Assembly: GCF_000143415.4 (NCBI RefSeq)
Contig: NW_003314304.1
Span: 68,169 to 132,168, forward strand
Length of the DNA stretch: 64,000 nucleotides
Source of the DNA: Selaginella moellendorffii
Lineage: Eukaryota > Plantae > Lycopodiophyta
Direction of reading: 5' to 3'
The translations under genes and the position numbers were made by a program. Position 1 is the first letter of the stretch, and the number at the start of each line of letters is the position of its first letter. The notes below the pieces were generated by a model. The model had not been told where the DNA came from. It ran no database searches and worked only from the letters and a program-made list of their open reading frames with translations. Shown here piece after piece: positions 1 through 11,872 of the stretch.

Positions 1-399
1 TCATCAAGATCTATCCCCACAAAATAAAAAATGCCGTCTTCAAAGCGATATTGAGAATGTAAATGCCGAAATGGCAAGTCATCAACAAGTGATGCAAGAT
101 TCTCAAACCCATCTCAAAGCCTTCGAATCCACAGCACAATTTTCTGAGCTTCATGAACCTCATCAAGAGAAGGTAGATCTTGCTCTACAACTTGTGGACA
201 TTAAACATCAAGTATATCAACTGTCGACGACATAGAATCCTCGTCTAAAAAGTCCACAAATGTTGGAACAATAAGCTCATCAGAAACATGGGAAGAGAGT
301 GGAGAAAGAAGAAGAGCTTGAGAAAGGGCATTAACATTAGCCATAGAATTCCCTCTATAATGAATAATATCAAAATCATATATCTAAAGCTTCAAAGCC

Positions 400-1253
400 C
401 ACTGAGTAGTATGACTAACCAGGTTCTTTCACTTCAATAATGAAGTAACAATAACATAATCACCTTCAAGTAACGTTTAAGAACCATGTAGATCTGCATG
501 AAATTTCTCGAAACCCCAGATTGCTACTAAACACTCCTTCTTTATTATGGAGTAGTTCACCTTTGCTGGTTGTAATGTATGGCTTATATACGTAATGGGA
601 TGGCACTGACCAGGCACACTCGGGCTCTTTTGCATCAACACACCTCCAAAACCAATATCAGAAACATCCAGGTGCAAAATAAAAGGTTGAGTGTAGTTAG
701 AATATGCCAAAACCAGAGGTAGCTATTTGAGATCCACAAGCACCCACTCACAATCTAGAGACCAAATGAAAGATGACGTTGATGACTTTAGCAACACTCG
801 CAACAGTGCAGTGCGATTAAAAAGATGATCCATAAAACAAACAAGATACTGCACCTTGCCTAAGAAGCATTACACATCATGCACACACTTCAGAATAGGG
901 AACTTTAAAATAGCCACAAGTTTGTCAAGATCAATTTGTAAACCCCCACGAGAAATACGGTACTCAAGATAAATTGTGTCCTTGGACCCAAACACGCATT
1001 TCAACTGCTTCAACTTTAAACCAACGTGCTGTAGCTGATCCAACACTTTACAAACATCATAAACGTGCTCCTTCAACATCCCCTTCGAGTGGATTAAGAC
1101 ATCATCAATGAAGTCAATAATCACCTCTTGTATATCGCAAAGAACCTCGTCCATCATCCATTAGAAAGTTGCTGGAGTATTTTCAAACCAAATGGCATCA
1201 CCAAGAACTCGTACAAACCAAACAATGTATGAAAAGCAGTCTTAGAAATATCT
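400..1253 (-). mobile_element. Degenerate Ty3/gypsy pol fragment (RT + RNase H) of the left family-D element
   Basis: Minus strand reads KTAFHTLFGLYEFLVMPFG (~1195-1245), ORF 870-1157 has FIDDVLIHS (YxDD-like RT motif), and ORF 477-710 has FILHLDVSDIGFGGVLMQ...NYSIIKKECL (gypsy RNase H). Broken by stops and frameshifts. Confidence 0.85.
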
Positions 1254-4200
1254 TTATTGGTTCAAGTAATCATTGTCGTGCTCTCTCATAAACTTTTCTT
1301 GGATTGGACTGAAGGCAGTGCGAAAGCAAGCTTGAGGTTTGGTCAAAGATGAGACCGAAAAGAGAGTCATCAAGGATGAAAGATCAAATACATAAATCAT
1401 TTTCTCTTCTTGGAGAGATGATTTGCAATGAGGTGTGACTTATTGCTTGTGTTCATAGTATGCAATCAAGAGTCGACCTTGATACATGTTAGTTATGGGC
1501 TTGCTATTGAAAACTTGGGTTACAATGCTTAATTCTTTTCTGGGGAATCTTATTATTGCTCATTGAGTAGTTTGGTGTTGGATTAGTTTTGAGTTTGGTC
1601 TGAAAGAGAGTGGCATGAATTTATCTGTGTTGTGAACAAAAGTTAGTGGTGTTAAATGTTATAAATCTCTATCGGTAGAGTGTAGCATTTATGTTGCATT
1701 TTGTCGAATCGACTTGGCACTTGATAATTACATAAACCTTTGAAGTAATGACATAGGTGTTGCTTAATTGATGATTAAGTCATTGTGATACTTAAATCAT
1801 ATCCATGTGATAAAGAGTAATGTGTTTACAAACTTGTTTGGTTAAACGATGATCAACCTCAAAGTTTTTGATAGTGAAGCTCGTCTACTTGCATATAGTA
1901 ACATTCTAGTAGCTTTGACTAGATTCTTTATGGTGATTCATTATATTAAGCTTAAGTTAGTTCCTTGGTTCCTTGAGTTTGCCCATTGAGGTGTTCAAAA
2001 GGGTTATAACATTCATTTGTTATGGCTTGTTGGTTGATCTATTGGCACTTGGGGTAGATTGTTAGATGGAGAAGGTGTGTAGTTGAGGCATTGACATTGC
2101 TAACACTTGTGTTAGTGGAAGTAGCATTGTTGTTTCAAGTGATGAGGAATTTTCCTTAGACCTTGAATTTCTATATCATTTTTATTGTTAGTGTTTTGGC
2201 TTCATATTAAATCTTAAAGGTGATTGAAGAAAAGTGTTAGTGCAATGTGGATATCCAAAGATGTGGTCTTCATGATCAAGCCTTGGATGTTCATTTTGCA
2301 TTTTGCGAATGTCAATGTTAAATGTCAGAAATATGGACACATTATTCGAGGCTTAAGCATACTATGGATCATGTGAATTTGTGTTGAGGTGAACCTATGT
2401 AAAGATATTGGTAGGAAGTTAGTTGAGTCTTAAAAGTTTGATTTTCTAGACTGAGAGTTATTCTTTCTCTAGGATGGAAAATTTTCCACAAATTTTCCTA
2501 AACTTTTTCAATGGCTAATCTATTTATCACTTTGCTTGAAAACCATTCCATTTTCATAAGCCAATACAAACTAGTGAAAGGGTTAGAGTTGACTTTGGTT
2601 GGCTTAGATTTTAATAAGTAATTTGTATGATGCGACCCGAAAGGGATGCTAACTTTTGGGGTTAAAGGCAATTAAGTTGGATAGAGTCTGGAGTTAGTGT
2701 AGTAAAGTGGTTGTTACGCTTTTCTAGAAATATGACCCTTGTGCCTTTTTTTTATAGCATTGTGCTTGGTGGTAAATTGGATCTTGCATTTTGTTAGATT
2801 CTATGAGAGTAATGAGCTCTCACTAATCTTGACTTGGTCTTGGTAACTCTGTACCTTAGTTAAGGATAGTGATGTCCAACTTAGTTGTTTAAAGTTGAGA
2901 TGTTAGTACCTGTACTATAGCTTTGTCTATGAGGAGGTTGTGTACCAATATAAATCCATCTTATAGTCTTCACTTTAGTTTCAGTTGAGTGTTGATCATG
3001 CATAGCTAGCCTCTTTAAGACATGCTTAAAGCTATTAGTTAAATGCATTAGTGAGTTTATTGCGATTGAATTAGATTCGAGTGGTCATTTAGTTTATGCT
3101 TGTCCATGAACCTTTGTCTCATGTCTAGGATATTATGTTCATGCTAAATAAGTATATGACTCGATGGCATTAGTTTAGTGTTGGGTCCTTTGAAGGCAAG
3201 TTGAAATAGTGATTGTTAGTTGCTTGTGACTAGTGATTGCTTGTAGACTTTGTCAAAGACTATTGACACTTGCTTCGCTCGATGAAGATTTGTTAGTGAT
3301 GGGTTTGCTTTACCGAATGGTGTTACGGAGGATCATGTCGTTAAACTTACATGGTTTCCATGTTGGTATATCAACTCTACCTTCGTTAATATCATTTAGT
3401 TGCATTTAGTTGGTAGTGTTAGATTTCATTGAATCTTAGATGTTGTGATTCATTCCTTAATGATGTGTTATCTTTAGTTGAGTGTTGTTGGAGAATTGGT
3501 TTCAGATACTAACTAAGGTATTTTTAACTTTGGTTAGCTTGGTTGCTAAAGAGTTTTGAGTGGTGATTCATTCTTGCTTTCTTTTAGCTTTGTTATGGTG
3601 TTGATGGCATTAAAGTGATGCCTTGTCGTTGACATTATTGTTGTTGAGATTCGAGTGAGATGAAATGTCTCTCCATAGGATTGATATTGAGTTTCATTAG
3701 TCTCGATGAAGATAGTGTTGATGATTTGGTTGTAGCTTTGTGTTATTGGCAACCGTGCATTTATTAGTTTATTAACGTTTAAATGAACTAAGTGGCAAGT
3801 TGAGTTAGTTGTGTTTTAAATGAAATTGTTTAATAGGGGTTGAGCTTTGAAGTTTTCCTTGAAAAGTGATTTAATCGTGGACTATACTAGCCTTACAAGT
3901 GAAAGAGTTAATGATTGATATTGAAGTGATTGAATCCTTGTTAGATTTTAGTTGGGATATATCAATCATTGATGATTCTTCTTGTGTTTGTTATGAAGTG
4001 AGTTACGTCTTAATATAGATGGATTCATAAAGGATTGTTTACTTATCACTTGTGGAACATAGCTTCAATATGCTTAGCTTTTGGATTGATGTAGACATGC
4101 TTTTCATTAACTTTTGGGTAATGAAATTTGGCTTATGGATGTGTTAAGAAGGATATTGTGGGTTGTACCATGATGTCTCTTTAGCATCAACATTAGTTCA

Positions 4201-6822
4201 TGGTAGATTCGTGATCATTATTAAGCAAGACTTGGTTATAGACTTTTTCAAGTTTTTGGTTCCTTGAGTTTTCATGCTTGTGGTTCATTTGTTAGAAGTT
4301 GTTGGGGAAAACATTTTAGCTCATTAAGCTTCAATATTGAAGTTGGCTTTTGCATTTAGCAATCATTGATGATGATTGACTATCATCTAGAATGTTTGAT
4401 TATCCTTGTCAAAAAGTTTTGCTTGATTATTGTTGATCTAGAATTATTTGCCATTCTTTGGGATGGTGGATTCTTTTTTCAACGATGATTATGCATCTTT
4501 TCATTAATGGGATGATTGATGTTCTTTTATGATAGTTAGTTGTTCTCTTTGATAGCTTATAACTTTTTGCAATACCACATGTTCTTTGTGGTTTGCTATG
4601 GAATGGTCTCTTAGGTTTAAGACATCAATAAGATGTTGCTGACACTTGCTTAGGCAACTCTAGTTCCTTGATATTCTTGACCAGGACCTATTCAGACTCG
4701 CTAATACAATAGTTGGCATGAATGAATGTTTGTTGGTCTTGCCGCATTCATTTTGTTTTGTTAACTATTGTTACAGTTGGTTTTGATAGATTGCATGTTA
4801 TTACTTTTGAGTGATACATTTGCGAGCCTCTTGCTTGTCAGTCAATGATATTTTGTGTACTTTGAGTTATCTTTTGTAATTTGTTTAGCATCCTATCTAC
4901 AATCTTTGATAGTTAAGTTTTATCATTAAATTTTTTTGATGATATACTTGCTATTGAATTTTGTTAGATAGTGAATCTTATGCTTTCCAATAATAGTGCT
5001 CTTGGTGGTTCCTATACTATAGTACTAGTTTATCGGATGATAACTTACTTGGAATACTTTTGTGTTCTAATCTAAGATATATTCACTGATAATTAAGTCT
5101 CTAAGATATCATTGTTTATAACTTTAATATTGTTCATCTATTGATCTTTGAGTTTGGGCCAGTATAGGCAAATTGGCTTCAGCACTTCGTGTGCATAGTG
5201 AAATTTTTAGTTTCGGGGTAGCTACTATCAACTAGTTATATCACCCATATCTCTATCGATGTTCCTTATTCCGTTATAAAGGGTGTGACCGTGTAAACAA
5301 CTCTAACTACCTGTTTATAATAGTTTATCTAAACTTTACCAATGGGTTTGATTTCTTTGCTCAAAAGGGTTGGGGCCTTTGGCTTCTCTCTTTGTCCTTG
5401 CAGGCAAGGGTATATCACACTTTTGTAAGATAGATGACACTTAGAGTAGCAAGGGTGGCTGACTCCGTTGGTCATTTCCTTATCAGTGACAGCCGAAAGG
5501 TGTTTGAGTTGGTAGCGCATCTGCGTTAGACAAAGAGGTTACCCTAACTCATTTAAGTTGGTGCATTTCTCACATAGTGTGATCATCGTGAAATTTTTTT
5601 AGAGTTGTTTCCTTGCCAGTGGTCTAGACTCGAGTATGCATTGACGAGGACGTCAATCTTCCCTAAAGGGAGGAGAGTGTCGCGAATGTGAATTTGGGTA
5701 TTGAAAGTTATCTATTGGCTAGTCCTTTCGGATATTCTTTCCTTACTACCACGACAGCAGAAGGTCGGTATTGCTAGATCCTTATTCAGTCTCTGCTTAT
5801 GCTAGTTGAGAAATTGGTCTTCGTATGTGCACTTAACCAAATGAGCATAAGGATGGAATTCCTAAGTGATATTAGTTAAAAAAACATACTTGACCTGGTT
5901 AGAGAAACTCATTCATTGACTTACACTTACTAGTGTTGGGAACCTCTATAATATTGAGCTTGGCCCTTCAATATCGTTGAATGATAGCTTACTGTGTTTG
6001 CTAAACACCCTCACTATCATGCCCTTTGTGTTAGTCTCATTTTGGTTCCAAATGCTATTTATGAAAAGTGTCTAGATTTGCTCATTTGGCATATATACGA
6101 AATATAGAGATTTGCTTAAACACAATGGTATTTGTCCCATGTCCAAATTTGCAATCTAGAGACATTCCATATTTAGTAAATTCAAGCTTGCCCCAAAGAC
6201 TAACTCTTGATACTAAGGGAGGCTTGGGGCGAAAGCCCAAAGCATGTGTTCCTCAAGGAAGGGGGGGGGGGGGGGGGGGGGGAAAATGGGGCCTCCCAAA
6301 TTTTAAAAAGGAAAAGGGGGGGGGTGGACATTGGTTAACCACCCGGGGGAAAAACCAACCCCCGCCTGGGGGGCTGGCTTTTTTCCGGGCCCCCCTTGGG
6401 TCCAAACCCCAAGTCCCTTTCCTGGGAGGTAGGGGGGGACCCATTTCCCCCCCTTAGGCCATTAGTATGCCGAAATAACGCCAGACTCCATTTGGCTCCG
6501 TTTTGCATGCTAGTTTTGGCATTGGGATACTGATTGCTCTAGGAATATTCCAAGTTGCTCCGTGCTCCTGTCCCTTCGCTCCTTAGGCTGTACGCTAAGG
6601 AGTTGTTCCATGCTCTAGTGCTATCACTCTACTTGGGAGTTTGGCACCATTCCTTCGTTTAGTGGCCCAAGGCCCTGAAACTCAAGTTCCACACTACTGT
6701 CCTTTGAACACGTGGCATGTGACACATGGCATATAATACGTGGCATATGGAGGGTTAAGGTTCCGCTTCATGGTTATGGTAATTTCACCATAGGATAAAG
6801 GGTAAAAACCACATGTGCTACA
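1254..6822 (+). mobile_element. Family-B non-coding LTR element, 5'-truncated copy (internal region + 3' LTR 5678-6822)
   Basis: 1254-5677 is collinear with 25910-31077. PPT AAAGGGAGGAGAG 5665-5677. The LTR starts TGTCGCGA and ends GCTACA, homologous to 24293-25441. No 5' LTR or PBS. Confidence 0.9.
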
Positions 6823-7804
6823 TTCGTCAAGGGAGGTGGGAGCAAGTGTATGCACAAGTCTGATAAGTTCTTGACAAAGTGCTGGCCACAACATTCCTAG
6901 CTTGATCCGCTCTAATATATTTGGCTCTGCACGAAGCAAGAGGCTTTAGAAACAAATGCCAAATTGTATCACCGACTTAGATGGCCTTTGACGAAGATGA
7001 TGCAATTGTTAGAAGGCATCATCACAATCGTCAGCATATCCGAATGCACATTTGAAGACATCCAAGAGAACACTCCAATCCCCACAAGTGGCTGTGCTCA
7101 AACCATTGCACCACTACAATGCTATCCCTTGGAGTCATGTGGGAAACTCACACAAATATCAAGTATCATCCCAAGAATGATATATAGTAATCATCGTGAA
7201 GTGATTGAATCAATGGTACACATTATCCCTAGGATTTCTGCGAAAGAACTCTAGCCGAATGCGAGGATTGGCACCAAAAGCAGGAGGAGTTGTACCATGT
7301 GTTGTGAATGCTGCTATCAACTGAATTTAATTGTTCAATTACAATCACATAGCATCAAGTAATTGTACCAACTGCTACTCTAGAGTTAGAGGAGGAAATT
7401 GCTGATCTGCTATGAAGATGAATGAAAAGGAAAGAGCAAAAAAAGAGAAATGAAAAAAAGCTAAAAGGAAAGGGAGATCTAGACAATGCAAAAAACTAGA
7501 TTTAAACCAAAATCCTGAAAGGAAAGAACAGAAGAACGGAAATGGATAAAGCTAGATTTAGATGATGCAAAAGCTAGATCTAAACCAAAATCCCAAATTT
7601 AAACATTCTTCAAGGACAATCAAAAGTGCCCCTCATCTCCACCAATATGAATGCATGGAATATGGAAAGGGAATACAGAAAATTTGCATATCAATTAGCC
7701 TATAGCTTATATATAGGAGGGAGTTGTTTGGATTGAAACCAATCTGGTAGCTACCAAAATCCCACTATGCTAATATCAGTATATGGTATCGTAACCATGT
7801 CACA
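6823..7804 (-). mobile_element. 5' end of the left family-D Ty3/gypsy element: short LTR (~7648-7804), tRNA-Ala PBS, leader, gag remnant
   Basis: Minus strand reads ...GCATTCA-TAT-TGGTGGAGATGAGGGG (7629-7644), complementary to a tRNA-Ala 3' end (recalled as CCCCGCATCTCCACCA, 1 mismatch). Gag-like text ELIRLVHTLAPTSLDE ends at the family-B junction. Confidence 0.65.
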
Positions 7805-8782
7805 ATGACAAAAACTTATTTTGAAATTATTTACTTTCTTAGCATTTTTAAATTTTTTTCTAGGGGAAATTAGTAGTTGTAAAGTCCAAGTGTATATAAT
7901 GCTATATACTAATATTAGCATAATGGGATTTTGATAACTGACCTATATATAAACTAAGTTTTTGGGCTAATTGATATACACATTTCTATATTCTATACAC
8001 TCATATTGGTGAAAGTGAGGGGTAATTTTGATTGTCCCTAAAGAGTACTTGGATTTAAAATTTTGGTTTAAATCTAACTTTTGCATTATCTAAACTTCCT
8101 TTTTGTAACTTTTTCAATTTCTTTTCTTTTGTTTTTTTCATTTTCATTCATTTTGATGGTGAAGCATTAAAGAGTAACAGTTGATACAATTGTTTGATGC
8201 TATATGGTTGCAATTGAACAATCAAATTTAGTTGATAGTAACATTTATAGCATATGGTACAACTTCGCTTGCTCTTACTCACATTCAGTCAGAGTTCTTT
8301 TATGGGAATTCTATGATTAAGAAGTTACATAGGTTTTTCTATTGGCCAAAGATGTGATCTAGTATGTGCATAGTTATATTTGATGCTAAACTTATAATAC
8401 TCCCTTTTGTGTTATGGAAGGAAGGTTAGAGTTAATTACAATTTCTTATTTGTTTAAGTTGGTGCTTTTGATCTAATTGGGTGTTTTTCACAATTGACTA
8501 CTGATAATGAGTATATTATTACTACTTCTAACTATTTAACCCACTGGGTGAAAGTTGGTATTCTTGCTAGTACATTTGCAACTATTGATATTTCTTCCTC
8601 AATTGAGTGGTATTCTAATATTCCTACCGAAGTAGATTCTTTAAGATAATTGTCATATATTTATGGTTGAGGCATTTTATATTTTAACATCTCGACTAGG
8701 GATATGCCACACTTTCACAAGTGCTTATCATTCATAGACAAATGGTTTAATGGAATGGCTCATTTAAACCTTCAAAAGGATG

Positions 8783-9394
8783 TGTAAGCTCTTAAATTTA
8801 GACTTCTTGGGAGGTCATGTAGTTCAGTACTATTCAAACCTAAGGACATTTAACCTCAAGTATCCCAAAACTCTTAAACGATTAGAAAAAAAAGTGCACT
8901 CTTATTTATAGGCTTTTTCCCTTTATATTTGAATTGTATGGATTGTCTCTCAAGTTATTTTTTTTAGTTGTTTACAATTTACCATGCTTCCTTGCAAGTC
9001 CATGCTTTCGTGAATGGAAGTTAAGAGCCGTAGCTCTTCTTAGAGCCCCACTCTCTTGACACTCTACCCATCGGATCGAGCCCAATTGGAACAAACTAGA
9101 TCTACCAAATGTCAATCAATATGTGGTATGATTTCTAACATTTAATACAATTTCTTTAGCTAACTAATAGAGTTTGATATGAGACCTTTCTAATACTAAA
9201 TGTAATCTCTTGAATTTAAATTTTCTGGGAGGTTACTCAGCCCAATACTATTCAAACCCAAAAACATTTAATCCCAAATATCTCAAAACTTTTAACCGAT
9301 TAGAAAAAATGGTGCACTTTTATTCATGGGCCCTTTCTGTCTATATTTGAACCCCATGGATTGTCTCTCAAGTCATTCTCTTTGGTTGTTTATA
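8783..9394 (-). mobile_element. Cassandra-type TRIM with 5S rRNA-derived LTRs
   Basis: Two 194-bp direct repeats (8783-8976, 9201-9394) with TGTAA...TTACA/TTATA ends, a 224-bp internal region and a perfect TSD GGATG (8778-8782, 9395-9399). Decayed Met PBS at 9187-9198. A 54-nt 5S A-box/IE/C-box-like segment lies at 8802-8855 and 9220-9273. Confidence 0.85.
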
Positions 9395-10340
9395 GGATGA
9401 TTGCGAAGTATATGAACTTTCAGTATTTAGATTGGGATAGTTATTTACCATATCTTTGGTATGCATATGTCACAAGGGTATAGATTTGTGGTGATGCTTC
9501 ACCATATAAACTCCTATATAATCATGATTGAATACTACCAATAGAATTAAATTTACGATTGCCATGAATTACTGATGCTAAATCTTGGGATTAATATTTG
9601 ATGAGCATTCTTTTAGTTGTCTAAGTGGAGTCTAATGAACACTTGGGCCCTATACAAGTGAGACAACAATAACACTACAACTCCCATCATCATCCACCTA
9701 TAAAGTATAAAGTAGATGACTTGGTGTTAGACTATTTTCCCAATCTTATGGTATGTGGTTTGTCTAAAGGGCTTCTTGCTTAATGGAAGGACTGTATTGT
9801 AAGAGACTAAATTTTTAATTCTACTTTAATCACTTAACCACACCTTTGACCACTTAAAGGAATCTCACTGACAACTTCCATAAGTCCTAATTTGGACTTG
9901 GGGAGTTGCTAGCCCCAAGAATGGCATCCATGCCACTCAACCATTGCACTTGGTCCAAGTGCTCCACATGTCTGATCCCATAACTGACACCCAAAGGTAC
10001 CACCAACATCAGCCCGTTACACTAAGGCCATGCCTATTCACTTTTATCACAGTAGTGATCCAACACCACTTACATCACTGTCTTGTCTCTCAAAAACCGA
10101 GCCTATCCTGTGAGACACAAAATCCCTAGGCCCCAAAGTGGAGCCGGAAGGGCGCCACATGGTAGTGGCCGAAGCGAGAGCCAAACGAGCGTAACACATT
10201 TGAACCAAAAGCTCCGACTTGAAAAGTCAAGAGCGGGAGTGGAACTCCCAACGAAGTGCTCGAGGAACGAGCACGAAGCGAGCAAAAGGTGAGGCTCGAA
10301 AAAGGGACCCAAAAGGACCAACACATGACACGTGGGAGTG

Positions 10341-10690
10341 TCCGAGATGGAGTCCGAAGTGGAGTCCGAGGTGGACCCGAGTTGGAGTCCGAAGTGGAGT
10401 TCGAGATGGACCCGAGATGGACCCGAAATGGAGTCCGAGATGGAGTCCGAGATGGACCCGAGATGGACCCGAAGATGGAGTCCGAGATGGAGTCCGAGAT
10501 GGAGTCCGAGATGGACCCGAGATGGAGTCCGAGATGGAGTCCGAGATGGACCCGAGATGGACCCGAAATGGAGTCCGAGATGGAGTCCGAGATGGACCCG
10601 AAATGGAGTCCGAGATGGAGTCCGAGATGGACCCGAGATGGAGTCCGAGATGGAGTCCGAGATGGAGTCCAAAGTCGAGACCGAGACCGG

Positions 10691-10722
<32 letters not shown>

Positions 10723-10829
10723 TCGGGACCGAGACCGAGACCGAGGCCGAGGCCGAGACCGAGCCCGAGCCCGAGTCCGAGTCTGAATCCGAATCCGAGT
10801 CCGAGTCTGAGTCCGAGTCCGAGTCCGGA
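10341..10829 (+). repeat. LTR minisatellite: mixed GATGGAGTCCGA (12 bp) / GATGGACCCGA (11 bp) array, then GAGACC/GAGTCC hexamer array
   Basis: Read directly; 28 long units counted in this copy. Confidence 0.97.
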
Positions 10830-11860
10830 GCCTGAGAGGGTGAAAGCCCAAAGCGTTCGTCTCCCAGACCCTGGGGGGTTTGGTGAGCTCCAAAAGTATA
10901 GTAGGGGGAGGACTGCAGTGGAGCCAGTTTGGCCAGGAAAGGCCAGTTTGGCCCAGGAAGGCCAGACCCAGTGTTGGGTGATGAACTGACCACTGGGAAG
11001 TCCAAGACTAGAGTGAATACGGACCGACAAGCGGGGTAGCTTGGTGAAGTGTTCAAGAGCCGGCTCTAGTTCCCCCGGGAGATCGACTGGCCGATGCTCC
11101 CAGTCCAAGTGTGGGTGGCACTACCTACTTGGATACCAGGCGTGGCTCAACGGAACCTCGCTCTAAGCCCATGGCTAGAGCACCTAAAGGCGATAGGTGG
11201 GGAGAGTACCCAGGTGGCTCGCGTAAGGCCACGGTGTTCCGAAATGTCATCCCAAAGGCCCAGACTGTGGAAAGGAAGAGGAGCAGTCCTCTGGGGTAGT
11301 GACCAAGGACATAGTCGTGTGGTGAGGAAGTCCCAGAGGACCGTGGGACTTAGTGGTCGGGCCTGTGGGCCGCAATCCAGTGGCAGTGTTGGCAAACACG
11401 GCCAGGGGCAGTGTTGGCAAACACGGCCAGGGGCAGAAAGGGACTTGGTAGGAACTGACAAAGGGACTTTGGGGAAAGCGATTCCCCAGGTCTATGGGCA
11501 TCCTAAGGATGCTAAGGAGTGGATCCAGGATGACCCCTCGTAGACAGATGGCCCAGTCTTGGAGAGACGGGATGGTGATGCAAGTGGTATTGGACCATTT
11601 GCGCAGCAAAGGTGAATGGGCATGGCCTTAGCGTAACGGGCCGAGATGTCAGTGGTACCTTTGGGTGTCGGTCATGGGATCGGACACGTGGAGCACTTGG
11701 ACCAAGTGCAAAGGTTGAGTGGCATGGATGCCATTCTCGGGGCTAGCAAGCCCCAAGTCCTGAATGGGACTTATGGAGGTTGTGAATGAGACTCCTCCAA
11801 GTGGTCGGAGGTGTGGTTAAGTGACTAAAGTAGAATGGAAAAATTTAGTCGCTTACAATT

Positions 11861-11872
11861 TGGTATCAGAGC
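11861..11872 (+). promoter_or_regulatory. Primer binding site (initiator tRNA-Met) of A1
   Basis: TGGTATCAGAGC, 3 nt after the LTR-terminal CA. Confidence 0.95.

Noticed and set aside
6068-6457. Gly/Pro-rich ORFs and long homopolymer runs in the first family-B LTR
   Set aside because: Compared with 24873-25060, the sequence after the poly-G run looks like low-quality read slippage; probably an artefact and not coding.
8802-8855. Functional 5S rRNA gene
   Set aside because: Only ~54 nt of degenerate internal similarity, located within TRIM LTRs.
10341-10670. CRISPR-like appearance of the repeat arrays
   Set aside because: No unique spacers and no cas genes; eukaryotic LTR context.
10822-10870. 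Hammerhead ribozyme (retrozyme) candidate CTGAGA-GGGTGAAAGCCC-AAAGCGTTCGTC
   Set aside because: It lacks N7, G12 and A15.1 of the CUGANGA/GAAA core, and CTGA is not conserved in the copies at ~18425, ~36465 and ~38015. Kept only as a GNRA hairpin.
10103-11108. Long overlapping ORFs (SR-, GL-, DS-repeat peptides) in all frames, also at 15.9-17.0, 32.7-33.9 and 36.3-38.1 kb
   Set aside because: They are a by-product of stop-free 12/11/6-bp repeat units. The frames differ between copies, so no protein is conserved.
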